Below are positions 39,924 through 52,299 of a DNA stretch of 64,000 nt, piece by piece; position 1 is the first letter of the stretch, and each line of letters begins with the position of its first letter. Source of the DNA: Raillietiella orientalis. Taxonomy: Eukaryota. A program made the position numbers and the translations under genes. The notes beneath the pieces were generated by a model. The model did not search any database and was not told the DNA's origin. It saw only the letters and a program-made list of their open reading frames with translations. The stretch is from positions 248,001 through 312,000 of the forward strand of contig JAYWIR010000041.1 of NCBI GenBank assembly GCA_036172245.1, written 5' to 3'.

Positions 39924-41560
39924 TTTCTCATCCGAATGTGCCGGGGCGTTTATTCCTAAACTATCCGGGAACAGAGTTCCCGGACAAAGGACACAGGAGA
40001 AACAAAGGGAGGGATCCCCGACACGCAGGTCGGTAAACCGAAAGTCCGGAACGGGAGGAAGGGGACCACAAATACACTTATAATAAATAGGAATAAAGAT
40101 CTGGGGAGGGTAGGGGACAGGGGTCTTTGGTTTGGACGTTCCTTTCCTTCAGAACCGGCTATGGATGCCGGTGATCTCTCTCCTAACGCCCTCTGGAAGA
40201 TGGGCCCACTCGGCAGCCGACGTCATGTTCTCGCCGGCTATTCAGGTGGCCTGTCGACGAATCGCCAGCTTCTCCAGCTCTCGGTGGGCCTTGTCGATGG
40301 CGCGGGTGCAACAGACCGTTGCGATGACAGCACCTAAGGACAGGCCTCCTGGCGTGAAGAAGCGGCGCATCAAGTCTCTTGCGGTAACCTGGTGCAGGAG
40401 AGCTGAGGCCAGTCTGAGGAGATCTGTGGCTGTTAGGAAAAAGAAACTCCCACACCACCAGCTTCTGTGCGAAGAACTCCTAGCTTTTCATAGGAAAGCA
40501 TGAGGTGACCGCTCCCCTTGTGATGCATGTGATACTTGGCACTCAAGGGAAACCGGCATTTCGTGTCTGCCTTGAAACTTTCTCCGGGGATGGACGCATA
40601 GCGCTTTTGCCTCAGATCTTGCTGCTGCCCGCGGTGTAAGTACCTGAGATTCGTTTTCTCAGTAGCAGAGGTCGGTGTGGAATGTGCTCCAGGATTAGAA
40701 TCTTGCGAAACCCTAGAACCGGACGCTGCATTTTTTTTTTTTTGCTGATAATTCCAATTTCTCACCCGAATAACGCGAGACTGCGGCAGATGCACACCCC
40801 ATGGCAGGATCATGCATTAGAAGAAGCTGTCTGAAGGTATAGGTGGAATTGTCGATTGGTCGACGACTGTTTTCGATTCGGTCTAGAAGGATTCCATTTG
40901 ATATCTGTGATTTCAGATGGGTCGTCATCGAATCGAGCTCGAAGAACCGACATCAATCGAGAGAGTCTCAGCGGATACCCCTTCGTCTTCTTTGTTGGAT
41001 GGATCGCTATCGAGGAACACGAGCGCCAAGCCAGGTGTGAGGCAGATATCCCATCCGAATCGGCGGTTTTCACGGACGGCACGCTCTGGAGCGCTTCTGC
41101 GGACGAAGCGAAAGTTCGAAAAGAGGGAACGCGGAGTCAGCTTGTAAAAGCGCCTCCAGCAGCACAGGGTGCGGCAGGGAGGATCAGCTTGCGAGGTGCG
41201 CACCACGCTTGGATTTGTGACTTTTGAAGGGCTGAGGCAAGCATGCCGAGAAACACAGACCGTTCGAGAGATGCTTGTGACAGCGAAAACGTACCTCTGC
41301 TTTCAAGATTCTCTTCCAGATAGCCTGTTACCAAGCGAAGTTTCGTGAGTTTCGTGACCGGGATCGAGAACACTCCACCGGGCCGAAATGAAGTAACTTA
41401 TCCGAATCAGCAGGCGTTTCCACCAAGGAAAAAGGGGGAAAATCCCCATCTTCATCCAGCGACTCAAGCATCAGATTTAGTGGGTTCATTTCGACCCATT
41501 TGTTTCCTCTGAAATCGAAGCAGCAGCGATGAAGCCGACCCACTGGTTCCCCCACTTTAC
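39924..41560 (-). mobile_element. 3' half of a LINE (RT thumb, Cys/His knuckle, 3' UTR)
   Basis: LHFG (YLG), SLERSVFL, DGISA (GGLG), KCRFP..GHLMLS knuckle; C-rich UTR; terminal motif aataaacgccccggcacattcggatgagaaa at 39924-39954. Confidence 0.75.
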
Positions 41561-41639
41561 AACAAGCACGGAAAACTGCATCTCGGTTTATTAGTTGCAG
41601 TTCTTAGTTGTGACTGTCGCTAAAAGAATCGATGCTCCC

Positions 41640-42330
41640 AGAGCTTAGTTGCAGTTTGAAGATGGATGAGAAGCAGCCGTTGCCTCGATAGGACGACCAT
41701 CAAGTCACTTGGCGTTTCCTAGTTTATTCATTCACACAGCTAGAGTGCATGAAGGAAACGCTGAAACACTGAGTGCGAGACTCTCAAGATCGAACGTGAT
41801 TGCCAGTAATGTTTCATCAAAGCTCCAGAATTTCTTTAATTCTGAGGCTGGTAGTGGCTGGTCAACACCAGCTGTTACGAACAGAAACGCTACCTGAGAT
41901 CGTACTCTCACTCCTTAGAGCATCTGGACTGTTGCCGGGAGACGTTTCAGATGTGTGCTTACAGGGGTTTTGGGAACAGTTGAGCGTGTTCTCTCGCTCC
42001 TCTTCATCCACTGTCCTCATCAGAATCTTCCGACCTTCGAAGCACACTCTACCGACTGCGCTTCGAAGGTCTGTGGACTGGAATGTAGGTCATATGGTTT
42101 TGGTCAGCATTTCAAAACATAAGGCACAATCAGATGCTTGAGGAAGATCGGAAGACGAGTCCTTTTGTAAATTCGCAGGCTTTACTCCAACGCTGGTGGA
42201 TGCACCTTTGGATGAGAGGATTGGATCATTTCTTGAAGAGATGAAGAAGGCATTCAGTTCTTACATCCATGAAAATCCAGAGCAAAAGCAAAGCATTCAA
42301 ACTGAAGAAGTGGCTGCTCAGAATAAGGGA
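41640..42330 (+). mobile_element. Degenerate LINE APE fragment (tentative)
   Basis: LLPGDVS (GDFN), IFRPSKH, HMVLVS, FCKF in APE order. Confidence 0.45.
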
Positions 42331-42474
42331 TGGACGCACACACAGAGACACACACATGCAGGCAGACGCTTAGGTGCACACGAGAAGGACAGAGCCCGCT
42401 AATTTTATTCGTTAAATAGCATCAGAGATTCCTGCTCATTCAGAACTATAACAGTTTTCGGATCAATTGAACAT

Positions 42475-43716
42475 TCACTTGAGTGTTGGATTGTTGCAGA
42501 CTGTGCGCAACCAATTTTTTGCATTCAGCAGGAACACTGCTAAAAGAATCAATGTCCCTCCTAGGGCACTCAGATAACTGAAAGTTTCCTGGAAAATCAC
42601 GATGCCCCAGATGTACGTGAAAACGATATTGCTCGTCTGAGTTATGGCGACGGTGCTCGAGTCGGCATAACGACATGCAAGTGAGGAGAAGAGCTGTCCA
42701 AGCAACGATCCGGCAGCTATTAACACGAACCAACCCGCTTCGTGCCAGTCTTGAGGTGCTTTCAAAACGTTCATCTCAAGGGATGCGATGCCCAACACAA
42801 AGGTATTCGTAACTTCGTAAGATAGCACGGCGACTAATGGGTCCACATCCTTCATCTGCCTAAGTATCACGATAATAACGCCATAGGTGAGAGAATCCAC
42901 TAAACTGCAGATAACTCCTTTCAAATGAGCAGCTGGGGACAAGTCGCTCTGAGAATGACCGAACAGAAAGGCAGGTTTGGCAGCCAAGGTAACGCCTCCC
43001 GCATTTAGAAGTATCACAATCACGTGCACAATGCCAAAGGGCTCCTTCAGCATGATTCGAGCTACGACGACAGTGAACGCAGGGTACGAATAACGGATCA
43101 CAGTCGATTCTTTCAGAGGGAGTTCTTGAAGAGCAAACAGACCACAAATGAAACCCAAAACTCCCAGAACGCTCCTAGCAATCAAGTGTTTCCTGAATTT
43201 TTGGGGGAACGGATGTTCTTTCTTGTAGATGATTATCGCTGCTGCTGGAATGCTGGACAGCAGTCCACGGTAGCATCCCACCGTGAAGGGCGAAAAATGC
43301 TCGAGTTTTTTCACCGACACCGAAAAGAACGAGAGGGAAAGCGCAGAAAGCAGCCCGAGCAGAACCCCCAGATGGGAACTGGAAGGTGGATGGTCGCGGG
43401 AATCCTCTTTCGATTCTGCGGGAATCCCCTTCGAGGACAGCACGGGATCGGCTGGAGGATCAGCGCCATCGGGGTTTGCTGAAGTGCCGACAGGAGCGGC
43501 AGGGAGACTCTCCATGACAACAGACACACGGCAGTCAGCCCGTGCCTCTCGATTCGAGGAGGTGTGGGTACTTCCCCGCTTATTTTTCTGACATTCCGGT
43601 CCAGGGGAACCCCCAGCTTTCTGCGAATGATTTCCAGGGTCTTCCGTCGGTCGGTTTCGCCTCCATTTTAGAGCTGTCGTTTTCGAGGAGACCGTCTTAT
43701 CCATTACGTTCCCCAT
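42475..43716 (-). CDS. SLC35G1: SLC35G1-like EamA/DMT transporter, intronless 413-aa ORF
   Basis: Uninterrupted ORF with about 10 hydrophobic segments in two EamA repeats (LIARSVLG..LPLKESTVIRYSYPAFTVVVARIMLKEP; SNIVFTYIWGIVIFQET..LGGTLIL); AATAAA on minus near 42405. Confidence 0.9.
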   Translation of the reverse strand: MGNVMDKTVSSKTTALKWRRNRPTEDPGNHSQKAGGSPGPECQKNKRGSTHTSSNREARADCRVSVVMESLPAAPVGTSANPDGADPPADPVLSSKGIPAESKEDSRDHPPSSSHLGVLLGLLSALSLSFFSVSVKKLEHFSPFTVGCYRGLLSSIPAAAIIIYKKEHPFPQKFRKHLIARSVLGVLGFICGLFALQELPLKESTVIRYSYPAFTVVVARIMLKEPFGIVHVIVILLNAGGVTLAAKPAFLFGHSQSDLSPAAHLKGVICSLVDSLTYGVIIVILRQMKDVDPLVAVLSYEVTNTFVLGIASLEMNVLKAPQDWHEAGWFVLIAAGSLLGQLFSSLACRYADSSTVAITQTSNIVFTYIWGIVIFQETFSYLSALGGTLILLAVFLLNAKNWLRTVCNNPTLK

Positions 43717-43849
43717 TCACGCAATCCTGTGGACCCACGGAATTTTACCGTCGATCCTGAGTGCCTTATTCAAAACATGCGGCCACCATTCTGGAAAGAT
43801 TCAAGTGATGTACGTTCTTTCCACTTTCAAAACAAAATTGCAATCCATA

Positions 43850-44480
43850 AAGCCCGGTTTTGCAATTACGACAACAGTTATCCAACCTCACCATAAACAG
43901 AATCACATCCATTAAGGTTTATCTAATCTGCTTTTGTGACCTCAAGGTACCATGCGACGTTATGTCCCCCTCCGCACCCTGTTCATCGCTATTTACTGCA
44001 CCTGCAGGTGTTTGCTCTTTGCGGTGAAATGCATCGGTTGCAAGGATGGGAGAAGCACTCGTCCTCGAAAGGCAGTTTCAGGAGAAGTGTTGCGAGGGAT
44101 TAAGCGTTCGGAAACCGCGTCTCTCTGTCCATCCACGCACAGGTTGGTCAAGAGCCGTCGTTCTGTCAAGTGATTCCCCCGGTACTTGGTATGATTCTCC
44201 GGCATAAGTTTTCCCCTATCCCCATTCCTCCTTTGTTTTTGTTTTTGTTTTTGCAATAGGGGTGCTTTTTCGAATTTGACATGCAAAGTAAGCGCATACA
44301 AGCGGGTCCTCGGTCTCCCTGGCAATGAAGTATTGCACCACCTATGTAATGAAAGTTATTTATGGCAGATGGAAATACTGATAACGGTCACAGGCGGATA
44401 TTCGTAGGAGGTTGACGAACGTGGATCGGAAGGGACTCTCATAGTTGGTCGCATGGGGACAGTCAGCAATCAGATTGTAA
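43850..44480 (+). mobile_element. Degenerate LINE RT fragment
   Basis: DVMSP, CLLFA, PRYLV, EGTL in order on +. Confidence 0.45.
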
Positions 44481-44699
44481 CCCCTGTTCAGCCCTCGTTG
44501 TGCTCCCCAGAATTTGCTAGCAATTTCTTTTCAAACAAATGTATGGTTGACTTACTTTAGGTTTGATCATCAACATGCGTCTATGAACATGTGTTTGTTT
44601 GATGCGATATGGATAGGTGTAAACATAAGGAGAACAATGCAATTCTTAAGGAACAAATCAAACAAAGTTTTATAGGCTCAAAAAGATCAATATTTTTTT

Positions 44700-45260
44700 T
44701 CCCTTTATTCGTTTTAGCAGTTTCAAGTGCTGGAAAAAATATTGATCGAATTTCTTTTGTTTACCCATTCCCCACGGAGACTGGCAAATATCCCACCAAT
44801 CGTCCATTTCAATAATTATCCGAGGCACTTAATGCATAAAACAATTATATCAAATAACCTGAGTCCTCCAAGACACTAGGAACCAGCTACAGCACAACGA
44901 GTAGCGAGTTAAGCTGCCAAAAAACCAAATGGTTGCTAGCTGTGAAAAAGGGTACCTTTTTATGGACGGGAATCCCTTGCAGATATGCTAATTAATACTC
45001 ATATCATCCACAGGGAAGATAATCGCGAGTTGATACAAGAATATTGCGACATTGCTTCTGTGTCCCATTGAATCTGAGGATTCGTGAGATGTGGTTAAAG
45101 GTGCCAAGACTTCTGGAAAAGTCTTCGCCCCGCTCCAGGCGTCCAAGAAGAAAAACTTCTGCCTGAAAAGGAAGCAAATTCGACGCATGAAAAAGTACTG
45201 ATGGAATCGACAGGCGATGGCCCCAGTGGCGCGGAGGCAGTCCGTGGGAGGTGGCCGACT
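44700..45260 (-). mobile_element. Degenerate LINE RT fragment
   Basis: VDSISTFSCV (D..KAFD.V) and IIFPVDDMSI (FADD) on minus. Confidence 0.45.
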
Positions 45261-45559
45261 TTTTGAACTCTTTCCCGTTCTCTAGCTTTTAGCTTTCGGT
45301 CTTCGCCTTCCGCTTTTCTAAGCTGGTTTGTTGTTTCCGGTTCTCTGCGCTCTTCGCTTCATCTTCGTGTAGCTTCCGGCACTCAGCAAGCAAAACTTCC
45401 TCGGCGAATGATGGATTCCATTCCCGGAATTTTCAATCTTTCAGGATTGCGATTTTCGGGCTTTCGGTTTTTAGGGGGGTTTCAGCATTCCGGTTTGTTG
45501 CGTCTTCCAGCCGTCTGACTGGTGCCGAAAAAGCTCAGCCCCCCTAGGGTGAGATGTAC

Positions 45560-46890
45560 GGAGAACGCCCTTTTTTTTGTCCAGTTCCCCCTCCTCTCCC
45601 CACCCCCACACATACACACAATAAATTCCTGGAAAGGAAAGAAAAAGGAATGAAAATGGCGGCCTGTGAAACTCTCCGGGAATCAGAGTGACCTTGATGT
45701 TTGCTACACGGAGGAGTCCCGCATCTGCGATGTCAGCCTGCTGAACCTGATCAGGAATAGAGGATCGTCTGCTCCGTCTGAGGCGGAAAGTTGACTGCAG
45801 GAAAAGCGAGCTGGACTTCCGGATTGGGTCTGAGACCAACCGGCTCTGGCCAAGGAGGGTTACTGGACTCCCACCGGAGAGCTTGGGAGGAGAATCGTAT
45901 GGAGAGCGACCCACGAGTCATCCTCCTCTGCTTCTCCTCCAGTCCTTCCACATCGTTTCTTTTCTCCTCGGGCTGAGTGCTGGAGGTTTACTGTGGAAGG
46001 AGAAGGAACCTTTAGTTTACTGTGGAAATCTCAGGAAGGAGAAGAGGACTGGGAGAGTGGATGACGGGCCAGCTCACTGATGCTGCGACCCCGAGTTCTC
46101 GACCTCATGGATTTTTGCTCTGGGGCATCCTACTGGGTATTCCGGAGGAAGACCTGCAGTGATCCCTAACGCTCATGAACACCCACACTCTCCTATTAAA
46201 GTGGCAGGAGTCGGTATTGATGCTGCTTTACTGGAGTCTCGCGTGCAACGCCCGCCGGCATCATTGGACACGGAAGAAGGAGGTGGATCCAAACTATGCA
46301 AGGTGTAAGGAGCAAAAATTCCTTCCGCACCTCCTAGTGGACTGTGTTGCTCTCCAACCTTTTTGAAGACGCTTTGCCGCGACCCTTGGAACCCCCGGCG
46401 GCAACGCCAGAGACGTTGTAAAGCGCCTCTTCCTGAGCTACGCCCTCACGCCCGCCGCATGCCTAGAAGTACTGTGCTGCCCACGTGGCGGGACCGTTGT
46501 TGCATGGAGCAGCGCCAGAGTCCAGAACGACAAGGGCTCCATCTATTTTGCTGTCTTCTTCATGAGGGCAGCGTCAAGATGACCCCATCTGGGAGTCCTG
46601 AAACAGGAACTTGCCGGCATCTTTACAAGGATGCAAAGGACACCCTCCAGCATACAGCGATCCCTTCCCGAACCCTCTCATTCTTTTGACTGCATGTTTT
46701 TTGTTTTGTTTTTCTCTCTTTGTTTGTCTCCCGTTCCCCTGTGCTGCGGAGGCGAACCTTGCTGGCCTGCGTGCCAGATCCCGGCAGGTTCCTTATCGTA
46801 GATATAAAGAACGTTGCAGGATCAAACGTCCTGCCAAAGACATGTATGTTTATTTTTTATGAATAAATGCCCCAGCGTGACCGGGTGTCA
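45560..46890 (+). mobile_element. 3' part of a LINE with Cys/His knuckle and 3' UTR
   Basis: YARCKEQKFLPHLLVDC knuckle; T-rich UTR; terminal aataaatgcccagcgtgaccgggtgtcaa at 46862-46890. Confidence 0.72.
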
Positions 46891-48189
46891 ACCAGGGCCG
46901 CAACCTAAGTCTTCAGGACAACCAGTGCCATCTTGCGTGGGGACTCGAAACCACGACTCAGACCCCGTTCTCGGCGTCGATCCTCCACGTGGGGATTCGA
47001 ATCCACAGAGTCTGACACCACGTGCGCAGCTTTTCTCAGTTCTTGGAAAGTTCCCGAGATCTACCCGGGTATGTGTCTCCTGTCCAGAAATGGGCGAATC
47101 CACCGAGCTCCGATTCACCGTTTCTGCCGCCTCTAAGGTACCACTCCTGCTGCATCCCTGCGTCTTTCATCCGGGATCCACAGAGAGCGCCGACGATCGG
47201 ACGATTGCTGAACGGCTGCTGGTGATGGCGACATCTCCTGGGTTCGCGATGGTTCCGTCGTCGGAGCACCGTGTGGCAGAAAACGCGAAGGCCAGTCCCG
47301 TGGCGGCGCTATCTTACTTTCCACGGCGCCGTCGCGAGAGACCCGTGGAGCCCGCGGGGTAGCTCCGAGGGCGGAGTCCCCCAAGGGAGTGCTTCCCGTT
47401 CCCGTGGCAAGCGACGGCCGCACTTTTGAGCGGTGAGCCTGCTTCGTGGCTACCGAAGGAGGCGCGCGTGCTCCTCGCTTGCCGAAGGAAAGTCGTCTGC
47501 ATTCCCCGGAAACTGCACTCAGTATCTCAGCGACCCGGTGCACCCACTCCTGAGTTTGCTGAGAACGCTGATCTGGAGCGGAGACCCTCCCCCCTTCTGT
47601 GGTGGGCGTCACTCCTGCCCTTGCGAGCCTGGGGAGGGACATCCTGGTCCGGAGAACCTTCCTTGCCCTTCCTCTTAGTTCTGGAGTTCCCGAGCGCTTG
47701 ACCCTTTCACCCTGGGGAGACGCGCGAGCGCAAGAGCGCATCTCTTTAAATGGAGTCGATCTCATCCCACCCCCAAGACAACCGCGTGCTCGTGCTAGAT
47801 CGAACTCCTCATCCGGGAGTCCGAAGGTCCGGAGCGAAAGAACGAGGCAGAAAGAGATGAGCGAAGAAGCTGCGCCGGTGCTGGAAGCTCCTTCGTTCGC
47901 CTGCCCGGAGGTGACAGCTTGATTTCACAAATGAGAAGCCAGCATTTCAGCTTAGGAGGAAAGGATGGTGATGAAGATGACGACAACGACGACGTGGAGG
48001 GGACAAGGACGGGTCGCAGACCGCGAGAAAGGCGGTGCCGACAGAAAAAGAATGGATCGGGAGACTTCGGCGAGTTCCCGAAACGTCATGGGGACACAGC
48101 GCTCCCACTTGGCCAGTGGACTTACTTACATCCTCCCTTAGGGAGCCCAGGTGACCCTCAGCTCTAGCAGACGAACTTCGAGGAGGTGA

Positions 48190-51100
48190 GATGTGCATCC
48201 GGGCGTTTATTTACATAAATAAACAAATGAGGAACACAAAAGACTGAAGTCCCCCTGCGCTACACCATGAATTCAAGGAGGAAGATCCAACCACCGGCTC
48301 GCAGGTCAGCTATGGCACAAGACCACAAGAGGAGAGATAATGAATAATGAGAAAATAAGTCAATAAACAATGAGTGGGGAAAGGGGGCGGGGATGAGGAC
48401 TCCGGTTAACTGCGCCGATCCTCCTGAAGTCTGCCTGCGACATAAGAAGTCATGCTCTTTCCGTCAGATGGAACCACTTGGCCGCGCAATCCCTCAACAC
48501 AGAAGGCGCGAGGCGTGTGCTCTCGCGTCTTCACCTGGGCGACCTCCGATTGGCAGCAAGAGTCCGCGAAACTCCTGAGAGGCAGTGAGGGCTTGGAATT
48601 GGGACGCAAGTCCGTCGCGAAAGAAGAGGCACCGCGATGCCCCTCGGGGGCGTGAGCGGACACCTTCACGGCCAAGAAAGGCCATCTTCAGATGCTCCGA
48701 AGAGCACCGCAATCCATTGAGCGGGTTGCGGGAAGATCCCTGCTTTCCTGCACTCGGTGCAGTTTGGCAGGAAACTCCTTTCCCGTCCAGCGAGTGGCCG
48801 ACTCCGTTCCACGAGAAACCCCAGCCAGCACACGAAGGGCGACGCTGCGTGCTGCCACCTGAGGGGAAGAAAGGGACTATGAAGGGAAGGGATCATAATG
48901 TGCTCAGGGGAAATGGATCCCAGGGTCCCTTGTCCCCACTGTGAATCATGAGCACTCCCGACTCTCCATTCGTGACTCGCCCACAGAGAGAACAAGACTG
49001 CTGCTAAGAAAGAGGCAGCGGTCCAGTAGCACCTCGAACAGCATCGAGCATCCTTAAGGGCTACCCTTCCAAGGATCGGGACGAGATGAAGTAGTTCTTC
49101 GAAAGTGAGGATATAGTAGTTCTTGGTTCATCCTCATGCTGGCGTGCCTAGATGACTACTGCCTTCTCATGCCACGCGTCACAATTTGTGGGGCAGCAGG
49201 AAGTCTGCCGCTGCATTTCTAAGAGCCCGCAGTCTGCGCCCGATAGGAAACCGAGATGCTTCATCCGATCGCGGGTGTGACGCAGAAGAAATGCCAAGCC
49301 CTCTCGACCAAGCGCGTTGGGATGCGGAAAGCCCGCCGCTCCCAGTTTCCGGCTGCGAAGGCCGCCATTTGAAAGTCGAGCTGCAGCCCCGCCATCTTTG
49401 GCGGGAGAGATCCGAATTGGTCTTGTCGGTGAAGGGAATTCCCAGGCTTGAGAAGTCCTAAAACGCCTTCCACGGCAGACCGCTCGTTCGCCGTCTCAGC
49501 TCATGGGAAGGAAGCAGGAAAGGGAAGAGCCGTTTGAACTGTGGGCGCCTTAAGGTGGAGTCTGTCGAGTAACTGAGTGGAGACCGAGTGCTTTCCCAGA
49601 TGGACAAGGAAGAGGAGAGGGAAGGTCGAGAAAAAGTGCTCAAGGTACAGGACATCGTTGTGTTGCTGTGGGATCGCTCCGTTGAGTCTGTCCACGCCCG
49701 GCTTGAGAGAATGCCATTCTCTGCCTTCACTCATCGTCATGCCAATAGCCTGCTGACTCCATTGCCAATGTCGCTGTTGCTACCGCATCCTCTTCCGACC
49801 GTGGTCCTCAGCGACTCAGTAGGGAGGGATATGGGACCAATAATTGCTCCATCCTGACGACCGAAATGGCACATTCATGGAAATGGGATGAAGAAGCACT
49901 TTCGGTAGCTTTTGTTCCTACAGATCTCGTGACACCTTCATCCATCGTCTCCTGCGTTCTAACAAAGTGGCGCAGTGTCCACTCTGCTGCACGCACGCGC
50001 CATATCTGCCTTCTCCGAGTGCTTTACAGCCACAGATCAACACGTGATTTCTTTCCGACTCACCAGCTTGGTATACAGTCTCTCCAAGCCTGCGGTTTCG
50101 GGATGTGTAAGTCGTAGGGTGTTTCGTCTTCTTTCACCTCCAGGGCTTGAGTTTTTCGTCTCCATGGCATCTGACTTTTTCCCATGAACCTTAGATCGCT
50201 TTCGACTGGGGTCGAATTGTTGTGTCCATCGAGGCATCAGTTTACTGGCCGAGAGTTTTCTCACCCCACAATTCGCAAGAGCACCGACTCGAATCCTTTT
50301 CCTTCCTTCCTATCTGTCTCGCCTTTGTCGTCAGTTCACCGGTTCATATCCGGGAATTCACTCCCTGCATCCTGCTCCCTTGGAAGGTTTTTTTTTTTTG
50401 CTTCAGTGGAATCATGGAAGTGACGGAGTTGCTTTGTGTAAATAGTGACGTTTTCATCCACAAGAGCATTTCCATGTCTCAAAGTTCTTCCAAAGGTGTC
50501 TCAACTCCAGCAGTTCTATTAGGTGTATCTCCCTTCGAATCCTCGATCTGAGATCCAGGCAATCGTGCGTGGGTGGAGCTCAACGCTCCTTCTTCGGTTT
50601 TGTCCTTCTCCGTGATGCACTGATTGTATTTGGAAACGCTCCTCGGCTACCGTCTCTGATCGCCGTCCGCATGAACCACAAATAAAGGCGGATGGCAATC
50701 TGAAAAGGAGTGCACTCTTGAATGAGCAGACAGAGAACTGTCAGCAATCGAGTTCCAGCATTCAAGAAGGCGGGGTCCTCTAGGTGTAGGAAGTAATGCG
50801 ACTGTCTGCATACCTCCGGGTGAGATGCGTCTGAATCTGCTGGCGCACTCTTTTCTTGGTAGTTCTCACCAAACCTTCACCAGGTCTGGTTTGCTAGGAT
50901 TTCATTTTGGAACAGTGTGGATCATGGAAATGGAAACCATGACGAGAGCATGCTCGATTTTTCGAAAAGAATTTTGAGATTTCTTAGGGTTCAAGCGTGA
51001 AAAAGCCATGCATTCGGGATAAAGGTAGCTTCTTGCTTAAGAAGGGTAATGCTATGATTGATAGAGCAGGCGCCTCCGCAGAGGAAGACGCGTTTCCTGT

Positions 51101-52100
51101 ATCCGGATCGGCTTCACGTGCCTCCGGACCCTTCCTCCGGGGGCCTGACACAAGCGAGATGGTTGCCACTGAGAAAAGATGGTTCTTTGTTTACAACATC
51201 AACGAATCTGATGAGTAAACTTCATTGATGTGAAGAAACTTTCATTCCGACAACTGGGATGTGGATGCATGGGAAACTCTAAAAGGGATGTGTTTCTTTG
51301 TTCCTGTGATCTTTTCGTCTGCAGGAACTAAAATCCTTTCCGCAGTGTAATAGAAACTGCTTTCAAGATGTGATTTCCAATTACGTCTATGTTTACAATC
51401 GAAGAAACTCTTCATTCCAGGTAGCTGAACCGATCCATCTTGATCCAGCTGCAAGCAGACACTGCATATCGAATCGGTGCTGCTGAAGGGGAAAAGTAAA
51501 AATCAGCTGATGAATCCGCACAGTCTGAAAATTCCGAGTAAACCGTGGAGAAACTGATGACTTCGTTGGAATCGAAGAGTGCTTAATGCGGATTTCGCAG
51601 CTCTCTTGCGGTCCGGCACCGGTGCAGGCATCTGAATGCAGCATGATCTACATTTGTTAATTTTTTTTCTGATGTTCAGCGGCCATTCTGCAGCCAAAGA
51701 GTAAGGTGCAAGCACTCTCCTTGCTTTCTCGGAATAATCTGTATTTATTTGAACGACTCGTGAGTGGAAAGGAGGTTTATTTATTCCATTCACCTGAACG
51801 CCTTCGACAAGTTGGACAGAAACATCCATTAATGATTATAATAGCAAGACTAATAGATGAGAAGCCTCGCCACAGCTCATAGCTCAACTTGGTGGAGCGG
51901 TGTTTTCAAAGTTTCACTTCTTAAAATCCAAATGTGTTCAAATTTCTCAAAATATGGCACCGGAGAATGAGCTATGGTTATTCAAATATTGGAGCATCAT
52001 TACATGCTCACACAGAGAAGTCTTTGAAGTTGTGAATGTGGCCTAGATAACACATTCGAAGCTCACAGTTATGGAATTTGGAATAAGCACACATTTTAAT
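48190..52100 (-). mobile_element. Near full-length degenerate L1/Tx1-like LINE (possible ORF1 end plus ORF2)
   Basis: INTDYSEKARRVL (ORF1-like), FLQTK, INEVYS, SRMHGFF, LEDPAF, SRPVN, SEKAD..EWTLRHF, RQDGAIIGP, EGVLGL, PNCTEC; 3' motif aataaacgcccggatg at 48194-48211. Confidence 0.75.
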
Positions 52101-52299
52101 CCAAGCGTAGCGCACAGAATAAGTTGTATAGGAGCACAAAATATCGTGGCCCCTACAAGCAGCAACTTTTCAATGTTGCGATCTTGGATCCAAGATCTTT
52201 CCCGGTGAGGAACTAGTTTAGTCATTCACTGTTGATACAGGAAAGAAGCTTTAGGGTGACTGCAAACCTGAATCCCAGGCGGCGGTTCAGTCGTAAGGG

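Noticed and set aside
40600..41560. Viral methyltransferase-like or RNA polymerase VKTADS-like motifs
   Set aside because: Contiguous with a LINE knuckle and 3' UTR on the same strand, and explained as LINE ORF2.
43850..45260. RHWGH on minus, like the L-protein GHP motif
   Set aside because: Adjacent frames give LINE D..AF and FxDD motifs; spacing to other L motifs is inconsistent.
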